A DNA stretch of 64,000 nt from Candidatus Latescibacterota bacterium. GTDB lineage: Bacteria > Latescibacterota > UBA2968. The position numbers and the translations under genes were made by a program. The notes beneath the pieces are model-generated. The model was not told where the DNA came from. It saw only the letters and a program-made list of their open reading frames with translations, and ran no database searches. Where the stretch lies: assembly GCA_965204745.1 (NCBI GenBank), contig OZ242010.1, forward strand, positions 2,848,001-2,912,000, given 5' to 3'. Shown here piece by piece: positions 55,701-64,000 of this stretch (position 1 is the first letter of the stretch; each line of letters opens with the position of its first letter).

Positions 55701-58292
55701 TGTGCGGGCGCCGGATGCAATAACGCCGAACAGCCCTTGGTGAGTATCGCCGCTGCGGCTGATGAAGAGGTTGTCGATAATGTGGCCGTTGCCCTTGAAA
55801 TTGCCTGCGTATCTAGTGGCGTGTGTGCCGATGGGCGTCCAACCCGTGCCGCTGTTCCAGTACGCGCCGCTGTGGTCGTTGGCGTCCACATCGCCGTCGC
55901 TGTCGCTGTCGAAGTCAAGGCTGGCGGCGAGTTCGTAGCCGGTGCAACCGGTGGAAGGGCAACCCCTTGAGACTGAGGCGTCGGGAAAGGCGGCGTTGTA
56001 GGCGGTCGTATCGTTGGTCGAGGCTCTTGCGTCTATGGCACCATCGCCATCCAAATCCCAGCGCACGGCGTTGAGTTGTGCCAAGGACGAGACCTCGATG
56101 AAGCCATCGCTATCCGTGTCGTAATGCACGGGTTGGGCATCGAACTGCGCCGTGGTGTCCATGTCGGCAAACTTCAACACCGGATACTGCTTTGTCGTAC
56201 CAAAGGTCCAGGGATCATCATCGTTGGCCCCCGAAGCATCTATGGTCAGATCATCCCAGTTGGCATAGATGCCTGTCGCAGACGTGACCGATTGTAAGTC
56301 GGCAGTCAGTTTGCCCTCCGGCGCAACCGTATCGCCATCGTCGGCAATGCCGCTTTCTTGTGTGTCCCAGTAGCTATCGGTCACTGAACCTGAGTTTTCA
56401 GTTAGCCCATGCTTGTTCGGGCAGGCCCCCGTCACTGAGCCTGTTGAGTAGCTCGACGCTATCGTCGCACCGGCACCATTGCCACCCACCAACCCGCTGC
56501 CAGTGGAGGACTGCCCCCCCGAACGGCACACCACAGGCGCCGTGGCGTAACTCGCCACGATGTACGACCCCCTCTGAGCGGCACCCACCAACCCGCCGAC
56601 ATTGGTGTTCGCCGTGACCGACCCCGTGACGTAACTCGCCGCGATCCGACCCTTGTTCAGACCCACCAGCGCGCCCACCGTGTCCTGACCCGTATTGATC
56701 ACCGCGTTGACCAACCCCAAAGAGCGGATGTGGGCAGTGGTGTCCGTGCTTGCGAAAAATCCCGAATAGTTGATGTTGCGGTTGATGTACAGGTGGGAGA
56801 TCGTCTTGCCGTTGCCCTCAAACGTGGCGGTGTATGGGGCGGCGTTGCTGCCGATGGGCATCCAGCCTTGGCCGCTATTCCAGTAGGTGGTGTCTGCTGC
56901 GGTGATCTCGCCGTCGTTGTTCTGGTCAAAGTTGAGGTTGTTGAGCAACTCGTAGCCTGTGCAGGTACCGGACGGGCAACCCATCCGGGCGCTACCGATG
57001 TCACGGTTGGAAAAGGCGGTGTTGTAGGCGGTCGTATCGCTGGTCGTGGCACTTGCGTCTATGGCACCATCGCCGTTGAGGTCCCAGCGAATGACGTTGA
57101 GTTGCGCCAAGGTGGTGATGTCAATCAGGCGGTCATTGTCCGTGTCGTAGTCAGTGACTGTCCGGCCCTGGGCGGCCAGGGAATGACCACCGTACTTCAG
57201 TACCGGGTACTGGCTGCTGGTGCCGAAGTCCCACGGGTCGTCGTTGCCGGTCACGCCGTCCACGTCCACGTTCCAGTTGGCGTAGATGCCGGTGTAGTCC
57301 GTCTTGGCCTTTAGAGTGGTGGTCATCTGGCCCGTGCCGCCGCCGCCGCTCGTCCTGCCGCTTGTTTGCGTGTCCCAGTAAGAGGCGGTGATGGAGGTGG
57401 TGCCGAATAGAGCGGTCAAGCCGCCGATGCGGCCGACGACCGTTGACGTGACCGCGCCCGTTGAGTAACAGGCGATGACGCGGGCGTGGCGGCCATGGTT
57501 GCCTTGGACCGACCCAACCAAACCGCCCACGTAAGCGTCGGTTCCAAAGCTGGGAATCGCATGCACCGCCGCGCGGGAGTAGCTGGCTATTATTGTGCTC
57601 TGGTGAGAGGAGGCGTCGTTTAAGTTTTGGCCAACCAGTCCGCCGACGGCGACGTCTCCTAGAACCGAGCCAGTGCTCCAAGAGGCGGCGACCGTCCCGT
57701 GGTTGGTGCCGACGAGGATGCCCGTGAAGTTACGCCCGTAAACGTATGCGTTTTTGACGCCCACGCTTTCGACGCGGTCGTTGCCGTCGAGCGTGCCGAA
57801 CAGCCCCACGGGGCTCGTTGTCGTCCGCTTTATGAACAGGTTGGAGATGATGTAGCCGTTGCCCTTGAATGTGGCGTCGAACCGCCCAATCGGCGCCCAT
57901 CCCGATCCGTCGTTGTAGTAGTCGTCGCCGGAGTCGCCCATCGCGGAGGTGCCCGTTCCGCTATAAGTCGAGCCATTTCCGTCGGTGTCGAAGTCCAAGT
58001 TGTTGAGCAACTCGTAGCCGGTGCAGGTGGACTGGCACCCCATGCCCGAGGCGGCGTTGGAAAAGGCGGCGTTGTAGGCGGTCGTATCGCTGGACGTGGC
58101 ACTTGCGTCTATGGCACCATCGCCGTTGAGGTCCCAGCGAATGGCATTCAGTTGCGGCAAGGTGGTGATGTCAATCAGGTTGTCGTTGTCCCTGTCGTAG
58201 TCGGTTTGGGCAAAAGCCGGCCCCGATGCCATCAGCATGATCAGCGCGACCAGGGCCAACAAGCGAGCGTAGCAGGGCGTCATTTTGTTCAT
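52698..58292 (-). CDS. Large secreted adhesin-like protein: 3 GLUG-rich repeats, Ig-like stalk, 2 Calx-beta domains and a duplicated dockerin-like C-terminus
   Basis: Signal peptide; DYDxDNDxLIDITTLxQLN three times; VGGLVG motifs; TATSGTDY...DEPNETV. Confidence 0.9.
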   Translation of the reverse strand: MNKMTPCYARLLALVALIMLMASGPAFAQTDYDRDNDNLIDITTLPQLNAIRWDLNGDGAIDASATSSDTTAYNAAFSNAASGMGCQSTCTGYELLNNLDFDTDGNGSTYSGTGTSAMGDSGDDYYNDGSGWAPIGRFDATFKGNGYIISNLFIKRTTTSPVGLFGTLDGNDRVESVGVKNAYVYGRNFTGILVGTNHGTVAASWSTGSVLGDVAVGGLVGQNLNDASSHQSTIIASYSRAAVHAIPSFGTDAYVGGLVGSVQGNHGRHARVIACYSTGAVTSTVVGRIGGLTALFGTTSITASYWDTQTSGRTSGGGGTGQMTTTLKAKTDYTGIYANWNVDVDGVTGNDDPWDFGTSSQYPVLKYGGHSLAAQGRTVTDYDTDNDRLIDITTLAQLNVIRWDLNGDGAIDASATTSDTTAYNTAFSNRDIGSARMGCPSGTCTGYELLNNLNFDQNNDGEITAADTTYWNSGQGWMPIGSNAAPYTATFEGNGKTISHLYINRNINYSGFFASTDTTAHIRSLGLVNAVINTGQDTVGALVGLNKGRIAASYVTGSVTANTNVGGLVGAAQRGSYIVASYATAPVVCRSGGQSSTGSGLVGGNGAGATIASSYSTGSVTGACPNKHGLTENSGSVTDSYWDTQESGIADDGDTVAPEGKLTADLQSVTSATGIYANWDDLTIDASGANDDDPWTFGTTKQYPVLKFADMDTTAQFDAQPVHYDTDSDGFIEVSSLAQLNAVRWDLDGDGAIDARASTNDTTAYNAAFPDASVSRGCPSTGCTGYELAASLDFDSDSDGDVDANDHSGAYWNSGTGWTPIGTHATRYAGNFKGNGHIIDNLFISRSGDTHQGLFGVIASGARTETLGATNANVTGGNFSGILFGANHGAIVACYTTGNVTGPSYVGGLTGWTGGSISTSYSTAYVSGADRVGGLVGTQSSTGSITNSYSTGRVNRSSGSATTIGGLLGSTIAGAGVTASYYDTSTSGCVTGGSAGCTTSAGGTGYATADLQRPNDYIGIYSSWNANIDGQPGNDDPWTFGAMNQYPALKYAGMDTTVQFNLQPVVVTLSLTPSSISENGGMSTVTATLARSLSAATTITVRPMAGAYTVPADSTITIAAGQTANASDTVVITAVDNTQDEPNRDVTMPVVMHNSQVSGRVTGATLTITDDDLAPMVTLTPNPASISENGAAATVTASLSRPSSAATTITVRPVAGAYTVGSDTTITIAAGDTTNASDTVVITSVNNTRDEPNRVVTLSAMSRNAQGTGSVTGTVTLTDDDDPLDVTMVVSPASISENGGISTVTATLSHTSSDPTTITVTVAPVSPAVAGDYTISTPATLTVAAGQTMSAGTVTITGVNNADATGNKTVTVSSTPTNSVGTGSVTDVTLTLVDDDVPNVTLVLTPASITENAQVSTITATLDRIATTATTVTVSAMAVSPAVAGDFTLSTATTLTFAANVTTSTGAVTITSVNDTTDAPDKEVTVSATVTGGNMAVLSSSETLTITDDDAPPRLSISSPSAVEGTALTFTVRLNAVSGKEVTVAYADAGTGTATSGTDYTALTAGTLTFAAGTTSQTIAVSVTGDSDDEPNETVIVTLSNAVNATFDGGATSLTGTGTIIDDDGMPALSIGSPSVIEGATGATLTFRVYLSPAHTAQVTVAYADAGTGTATSGTDYTALTAGTLTFAVGDTIQTIPVSVTDDSDDEQNETVIVTLSSATNATISTAQGTGTIIDDETPSANLDVDGDGRVRLFSDIILVIRYVLFFRNEALLRGNVIEPTATRTTAQEIEPYLDTLVNQNILDVDGDGDVRLFSDIILIIRYVLFFRNEALVRGNVIEPTATRTTAQEIEPYIRSLYPASHFQ

Positions 58293-58596
58293 CCTTTTGG
58301 GGAGGGGTACACTATATTGATCAGCCTAACAGACTGTTTTGCAATAAAATAGAACCGCATTCCAAGACGGGAATGGGCACCATGAACGCCAGTTTTCGCG
58401 GAGGGAACATAGTGCCAAATGAGGTTCAAACAGCGGCTGAAAATGGCGGTGATCATCTGAATCCTCCTTTGCAAAAGCTGTCGCACAAATTAGGCGCGGC
58501 TTTTCCTCCGCACTCAAAATCGCAATAAAAAAAATAAAACATCACGATTGTTTGTCAAACGGTAAAGTGACGATGGGATCGGTACCGCCGGATATG

Positions 58597-59245
58597 AGGA
58601 CAGGCACGGGGGCCTGTCCCTACGACGGATGGCGGCGGGGGATGCGAGGGGGACCTACCCCCTAACCCCCTTCCTGCGAGGAAGGGGGAATGGCGAGCGG
58701 TTTTGCGAGGGATTTGAGCGAGGGGGGTTTGGGTTTCTATGGCGTGATCCATTCGCCCAAAGCCATCAGAACAGCCCTGGATGCAAACCATCAAAAAGCC
58801 ATGCGCTCCCCCTTTCCTCGTAGGAAAGGGGGCCGGGGGGATAGGTCCTGCGAGGAAGGGGGAATGGCGAGAGGTTGTGCGAGGGATTGTGTGTAAGGGT
58901 TTTTGGATTTTCATGGCGTGATCCATTCGCCCAAAGCCATCAAAACAGCCCTGGATGTAAACCTTTAAGAAAGCCATGCGCTCCCCCTTTCCTCGTAGGA
59001 AAGGGGGCCGGGGGGATAGGGCTATGGCGGTGGGGATGTGAAGGACACAGCGGAGTGGAACGATGAAGCGGCGGTGGGGATGTGTGGGGTAATCCGCGCA
59101 ATCTGCGTAATCCGCGCAATCTGCGTAATCCGCGCAATCTGCGTAATCCGTTTAATCCGCGATTCAGACACGGTGGGGCGGTGATGGGCACGCACGGGCA
59201 GTGGCGGGGTTGCCTCACCTCTCCCGTCTTACGTCTCACCGAAGG
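58597..59245. repeat. Mosaic of intergenic repeats (inverted GTAG REP at 58597-58623, hairpin doublets, TAATCCGCG runs)
   Basis: Same families as at 22761, 39185 and 51775. Confidence 0.85.
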
Positions 59246-59275
59246 GGGTTGAGCGGGGTGGGAACTGACTACTGA

Positions 59276-59827
59276 CTACTGACCACTCTCCCTTGCCTTG
59301 GCTTCAAGGTCTTTGGCCAGGGCTTCGATGACCTTGTCGGTCAAGTCGTGTGTTTCTTTTGCGTAGGCCAAAGCCGTTGTGTTGAGCACAAAATCAAAGC
59401 CCTCGTCTTCGGCCACCTGCTTGATGATCTCATTCACGGTTTGAATGATCGGCTCGGACAATTCCGCGGTCTTGCGCGCGAGGCGACCGCGTTGGGGATC
59501 TGCGGCTTCCTGCATAAACCGCTGCAATTCCTGTTGTTTTTTCACGATGGCCTTTTGTTCTTCTTGTTTGCGTTTGTCACTCAGCAACAGGGCTTGGCGT
59601 TCGTACGTTTCCTGCATCTTCTCCAGATCGTTTTGCATGGTGCTGATCTCGCGCCCGAGTTCGTCTTCGTAACGGCCGAACTCCTTCAACGCATCTTGAT
59701 AGGGTTTGTACTGATCCAAAATTTTCTGCGAATCGATGTACCCCAGCTTGATCTCGGCACCGGCAGAACTGACCATGCCGACCAGTGCCAGAGACAGCGC
59801 GACCAAAAACATGCGACAACGTGTCAT
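59276..59827 (-). CDS. skp: OmpH/Skp periplasmic chaperone
   Basis: Signal peptide; KLGYIDSQKIL; DLTDKVI; lies downstream of bamA. Confidence 0.92.
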   Translation of the reverse strand: MTRCRMFLVALSLALVGMVSSAGAEIKLGYIDSQKILDQYKPYQDALKEFGRYEDELGREISTMQNDLEKMQETYERQALLLSDKRKQEEQKAIVKKQQELQRFMQEAADPQRGRLARKTAELSEPIIQTVNEIIKQVAEDEGFDFVLNTTALAYAKETHDLTDKVIEALAKDLEAKARESGQ

Positions 59828-59878
59828 CAAACTCCCTCCAAAAAAATCAGCCCACCTTTACCGCGGCGGAACTGACGA

Positions 59879-62173
59879 CTAATGAAACTGCGGACCAAAT
59901 TGGAAATGCGTCATCATCTGTACCTTTTGACCGTCGACGTGCCGCCGGTCAATACCCCAAGCAAAATCAAAGCCCATAATGCCCACCACGGGCGCGACAA
60001 TCCGAATGCCAAACCCCACGGACCGGCGCAAGTCCGTCAGGCTGATCCGATCCAGATTGCCCCAGGCATTGCCCGCGTCGGCAAAAATCAATCCGTAAAA
60101 TTGCTGCGGCACGATGGGAATGCTGACCTCGGCATTGAACAACAACTGCGCCACGCCGCCCAAGGGCGTGCCCCGGTTATCGACGGGGCCGATCGACCGG
60201 TCTGGATAGCCGCGCAACAACGTGCCGTCGAAAATATCGACGCCGCCCGGCGTGTACAACTCTTGAAAGGGAACGGGCTCGGGGCCATAGCTGGCGGCAA
60301 ATCCCAGTTGCGACTTCACGTTAAGGGCTAGGCGCCAGAACAGCGGGAAGTAAAAACTCGTGACAAAATCGTGCTTGTGAAAATCGCGGCTGCCCCCCAA
60401 AAAGCCGCCGGCCAAGGCGGGCGAATAGGAAATCACGCTGCCGGACGTGGGAAAAATTGGCAAATCCCGGCTGTCGCGGGTCAGGTTCGCGCTGATGCTG
60501 CTGGTGATGTTGTCGGCGTAGTAGGGATTGGCCGCATCCGTGCTGTCGGCAAAATTGAGAAACGAGACCCGCCTCAAGCTATACCCTCCGGAAATGCGCG
60601 AATAATCGGGCCAGCGCAACCTGCGCCCCAAGCGAAAGGCCCCGCCCTCATCGCGCTGATCAAAATTCGCCGCGCCGTAATTCGTCAGGCGCAGGGTTCT
60701 TCTGGACAGGGATGCGGAAACGAGCGTGGGCGTGTTGAGGAGCCACGGTTCGGTGAACCCTATGCTGAAGGTTTCGCGCCGCGAGCCAAATTCCCACTGA
60801 AAGTCGAGTTGTTGCCCATTGCCCCTAAAATTGGGGATTTGCAACCCGATGGTGCCGATCAACCTGTCGCGCTCGCTATACCCCGCGCCAATGGAGGCGG
60901 TGCCCGTGGATTTTTCTTCGATAGTGAACACGAGGTCGATCTCGGAGGTCTCTTCCACGGCTTTTGGCTCGGGCAAGACATTGGCGAAAAAGTTGAGCAC
61001 CATGACCTCGCGCACGCTGCGCTCCAACAATGCGCGGCTGAACGTATCGCCCGGGCGCACGCGCAACTCGCGCCTGATCACGCGGTCTTTGGTTTTGGTA
61101 TTGCCCTCGATCAAAATTTTGCGAATTTTCCACGGGTCGTTTTCGACCACGTCAAAATGCACGTCAATGACCCGGTCGCCCGCGGGCTTTTGCTGAGGGA
61201 AGATCTGCGCGCCAATATGCCCGATGTCCATGTACGCGTTGTGCAACTGCTCGCGGGATTTTTGCACGCGCTCTTCGTTGTACACCGCGGCCGAATCCAC
61301 CACGATAAAGTGGACGAAGCCCGCGTCATTGATTTTCTCATTGCCGGCCCACGTCACCGCGCCGAACCGGTAAATCGGCCCTTCTTCAATGGTAATGTCG
61401 AGAAACATATCCCGTTTGTTCGGGCCGTAGGACAAGCTGTCGGACGCTATCGCCGCGTCCCGGTACCCGTTTTGCCGGTAAAAGGCCAGCACCTTTTCTT
61501 TGTCTTCCGGATAGGTTTCCTCGCTGAATTTCCCGCCGCCGAACCACCAGCCGTCTTGTTTGGTCTCTTTCATCTGCTTGCGGAGTTGCTTCCCGGTCAA
61601 CGCCGCGTTGCCGTGGAAACGGATTTTTTTAAGATTGACCTTCGCGCCCTCGTCGATTTCAAAGACCAATGGCAACCGCCCATCTCCATCCACTTTTGTT
61701 TCTGCGACATCCACAGCGGCGAGCAAGTAGCCCTTTTTGCGGTAGAGCGCGATCAACTTGTTGACGGCCCGTTTCTTTTCCCACGATTGGATCAACTGAT
61801 TTTCGATCAACCCCAACTCGCGCTTCAAGGTCTTGTCTTTCATCGCGCTGTTGCCCTTAAACACCACGCTGCCCAAGCGCGGCACGGCTTTGAGGTCGAT
61901 GATAACGGCCACGCCGCCGGGTACCCGTTCCATAAAAATTTTGATGTCGGAAAACAGGCCGAGTTTGTAGAGGTTGCGAATCGCGCGCGCCGCTTCGCCA
62001 CCCGCCAAATTTTGCCCCTCGAACAACCCGCTTTGAGACGCGATCAACGACGTCTCGACCCAGTCGTTGCCTCGAATGCGGATCTCCCGAATCACTGGCC
62101 CATCTTGCGCGGTCGCGGTTTGAATCCAGAGTGCGATCAGGAGCAAAAAACCGTGTGCAAAAAATCGTTTCAC
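59879..62173 (-). CDS. bamA: Outer membrane protein assembly factor BamA (start GTG 62173 or ATG 62206)
   Basis: POTRA GN motifs, GNTKTKDRVIRRE, FTEPW, LRGY, FQFG. Confidence 0.95.
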   Translation of the reverse strand: MKRFFAHGFLLLIALWIQTATAQDGPVIREIRIRGNDWVETSLIASQSGLFEGQNLAGGEAARAIRNLYKLGLFSDIKIFMERVPGGVAVIIDLKAVPRLGSVVFKGNSAMKDKTLKRELGLIENQLIQSWEKKRAVNKLIALYRKKGYLLAAVDVAETKVDGDGRLPLVFEIDEGAKVNLKKIRFHGNAALTGKQLRKQMKETKQDGWWFGGGKFSEETYPEDKEKVLAFYRQNGYRDAAIASDSLSYGPNKRDMFLDITIEEGPIYRFGAVTWAGNEKINDAGFVHFIVVDSAAVYNEERVQKSREQLHNAYMDIGHIGAQIFPQQKPAGDRVIDVHFDVVENDPWKIRKILIEGNTKTKDRVIRRELRVRPGDTFSRALLERSVREVMVLNFFANVLPEPKAVEETSEIDLVFTIEEKSTGTASIGAGYSERDRLIGTIGLQIPNFRGNGQQLDFQWEFGSRRETFSIGFTEPWLLNTPTLVSASLSRRTLRLTNYGAANFDQRDEGGAFRLGRRLRWPDYSRISGGYSLRRVSFLNFADSTDAANPYYADNITSSISANLTRDSRDLPIFPTSGSVISYSPALAGGFLGGSRDFHKHDFVTSFYFPLFWRLALNVKSQLGFAASYGPEPVPFQELYTPGGVDIFDGTLLRGYPDRSIGPVDNRGTPLGGVAQLLFNAEVSIPIVPQQFYGLIFADAGNAWGNLDRISLTDLRRSVGFGIRIVAPVVGIMGFDFAWGIDRRHVDGQKVQMMTHFQFGPQFH

Positions 62174-62455
62174 GTTTTGGGTACCTTTCTTGAGGAGTTG
62201 TTTCATTATTTTGATAGCCACAAAAGGCACAAAAGGCACAAAAGGCACGAGCGGGGTACAACTGGCGACAGCCAGTTCAAAGGCACTTCATTATTTTGAT
62301 AGCCACAAAAGGCACAAAAGGCACAAAAGGTACTACTGGCGATAGCCCGTTCAAAGGCGAGCCGCGTGTAGGGGTGGGGAACATCTCGCCTCCCTGTCTC
62401 GGGGAGGGTCGAGCCTCAAACGCTCAAAAAAATAAAATGTTCCGAGTGTACATTA

Positions 62456-62484
62456 AACGACCCGGACATCTGCCCGGGCCGTTT
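62456..62484 (-). terminator. Probable terminator after clpC
   Basis: aaacgacccgg...ccgggccgttt hairpin. Confidence 0.55.
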
Positions 62485-62506
62485 GGGATTGACCGCGCCG
62501 TTGCGA

Positions 62507-64000
62507 TCAAGCCTTGTTCCTGTTCACGACTTTCTTGGGAATGACGGGGGCGCCGCCCATCACTCCTTCGCCGACAACCTCTCCTGCATCGACTTCGGCC
62601 AAGCCAGGCGCATTGCCCTTTTTGCCGATTCGCACGGTTGCCTTTTTCGCGGTGTTCTCTTTGGCGAGGGGGTCGCCCTCAAACGCGAGTTCACTGCCCT
62701 TTTTGCTGACCCGCACCTTGCTACCATCGGTGAAATTGCCCAGAATGATCTCTTCGGCCAGCGGGTCTTCGACCAGTTTTTGAATGGTGCGGCGCAAGTG
62801 CCGCGCGCCATACGTGGGGTTGTATCCCCGCTCGGCGATCAAACTCTTGGCGCCCGGGGTGAGGCGCACGGTGATGTCGCGTTCTGCGACGCGCGCGAGG
62901 ATTTTTTCGAGTTCGATGTCCACGATCCGGATGATCTCTTTTTTGTCCAGCGCGTTGAAGATCACGGTCTCGTCCAACCGGTTGATGAACTCGGGGTTGA
63001 AGGTCTTCTTGACCTCTTCGTTGATGCGCTCTTCCATTTTCTCTCGAATCGTTTTTTTGCTCGACTGACCAAATCCCAGACCGCCCGCTTTTTGCAACTC
63101 CCGCGTGCCCAAGTTGGACGTCATGATCAAAATCGTATTCTTGAAATTCACCTTGCGCCCAAAACTGTCTGTCAGCCGGCCCTCGTCCAAGACCTGCAAC
63201 AGGATGTTGAACACGTCCGGATGGGCTTTTTCAATCTCGTCGAGCAACACCACGGAATACGGACGCCGCCGCACCTTCTCGGTCAACTGCCCGCCTTCGT
63301 CATAGCCCACGTACCCCGGAGGCGCGCCCACGAGCCGCGAGACCGCGAACTTTTCCATGTATTCCGACATATCCACGGTCACGAGCGCGTCTTCATCGTC
63401 GAACAAGTAGCGCGCCAGGGCTTGCGCCAAATACGTTTTGCCAATGCCGGTTGGGCCCAAAAACAAAAACGTGCCGATGGGCCGATTGGGGTCTTTGAGG
63501 CCCGCGCGCGTGCGCCGAATGGAGCGACACACGATCTCGACCGCTTCTTTTTGCCCGATCACCCGCTTGTGCAACTCGGACGCCATGTTGATCAGCCGCT
63601 CGGATTCGGCTTGTGCCAAGCGGAACAAGGGAATGCCGGTCATGCTCGAGATCACTTCGGCGATGTCTTCTTCGGACACTTCGACCACGTCCTCTGTCAC
63701 CTGCTCTTCCCAGGCTTGGCGTTTGGAATCGAGTTTGTTTTTGAGCGCGCGCTCTTCATCGCGCAACTGCGCCGCTTCTTCAAATTGCTGATTTTCGGCT
63801 GCCCGATCCTTTTTGCGCGTGATCTCGCCGATAGCGATTTCGAGGTCTTTGATCTCGTCTGGGGGATTGAGCCGGGACAGGCGCACCCGGGCGCCGGTTT
63901 CGTCGATCACGTCGATGGCTTTGTCCGGCAAGTGCCGGTCGCTGATGTACCGATCCGCCATGTTCGCCGCGGCATCCACGGCCTCGGCTGAAAACGTCAC
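62507..64000 (-). CDS. clpC: ATP-dependent Clp protease ATP-binding subunit ClpC (5' part off window)
   Basis: PDKAIDVIDE, UVR motif, GPTGIGKT, GAPPGYVGY, DEIEKAHPD, YGAR. Confidence 0.93.
   Translation of the reverse strand: MTFSAEAVDAAANMADRYISDRHLPDKAIDVIDETGARVRLSRLNPPDEIKDLEIAIGEITRKKDRAAENQQFEEAAQLRDEERALKNKLDSKRQAWEEQVTEDVVEVSEEDIAEVISSMTGIPLFRLAQAESERLINMASELHKRVIGQKEAVEIVCRSIRRTRAGLKDPNRPIGTFLFLGPTGIGKTYLAQALARYLFDDEDALVTVDMSEYMEKFAVSRLVGAPPGYVGYDEGGQLTEKVRRRPYSVVLLDEIEKAHPDVFNILLQVLDEGRLTDSFGRKVNFKNTILIMTSNLGTRELQKAGGLGFGQSSKKTIREKMEERINEEVKKTFNPEFINRLDETVIFNALDKKEIIRIVDIELEKILARVAERDITVRLTPGAKSLIAERGYNPTYGARHLRRTIQKLVEDPLAEEIILGNFTDGSKVRVSKKGSELAFEGDPLAKENTAKKATVRIGKKGNAPGLAEVDAGEVVGEGVMGGAPVIPKKVVNRNKA

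Noticed and set aside
60371-63991. Long plus-strand ORFs (642 aa and 502 aa) and similar antisense ORFs elsewhere
   Set aside because: They are shadows of bamA, clpC and other GC-rich genes, with no motifs of their own

Overview
This is a GC-rich bacterial chromosomal window. Dockerin-like DFxGDGxVxFxDF domains, internalin-type LRR/CARDB surface proteins, sulfatases and dense intergenic repeats suggest a Latescibacterota/Gemmatimonadota-like, possibly sponge-associated genome (inference only). (1) 1-12.7 kb is an AT-richer, minus-strand accessory island. It holds a disrupted AAA-ATPase/PD-(D/E)xK gene, a PLD-like membrane protein, two GIY-YIG nucleases, two short thermonucleases, a glycine-zipper pair, a membrane-anchored small-GTPase operon, a disrupted EcsC gene, a TM-GAF protein and a toxin-antitoxin cluster. 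(2) 12.8-13.5 kb is an IS110 remnant. Its left end keeps a readable bridge RNA whose guides match its own junction and this genome's REP-like repeat. (3) Catabolic genes, pckA and nuoIJKLMN follow, with an ~840-bp hairpin repeat array between nuoL and nuoM. (4) 26.6-29.3 kb is a transposase-less cassette with 24-bp TIRs and an 8-bp TSD. It carries an IS607 element whose TnpB has the Fanzor-type (pro-Fanzor) RuvC arrangement. (5) Two paralogous dockerin-CARDB-LRR surface proteins with hypervariable LRR codons are separated by an IS903-like IS5. (6) Next come an AICAR transformylase, amidohydrolase, TauD, a HAD-YvcK fusion, DUF62, an orphan N4-C methyltransferase, radC, a sulfatase and dapL. (7) A 1864-aa GLUG/Calx-beta adhesin is flanked by inverted repeat mosaics, followed by skp, bamA and a partial clpC. 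No tRNA, rRNA or true CRISPR array was seen.
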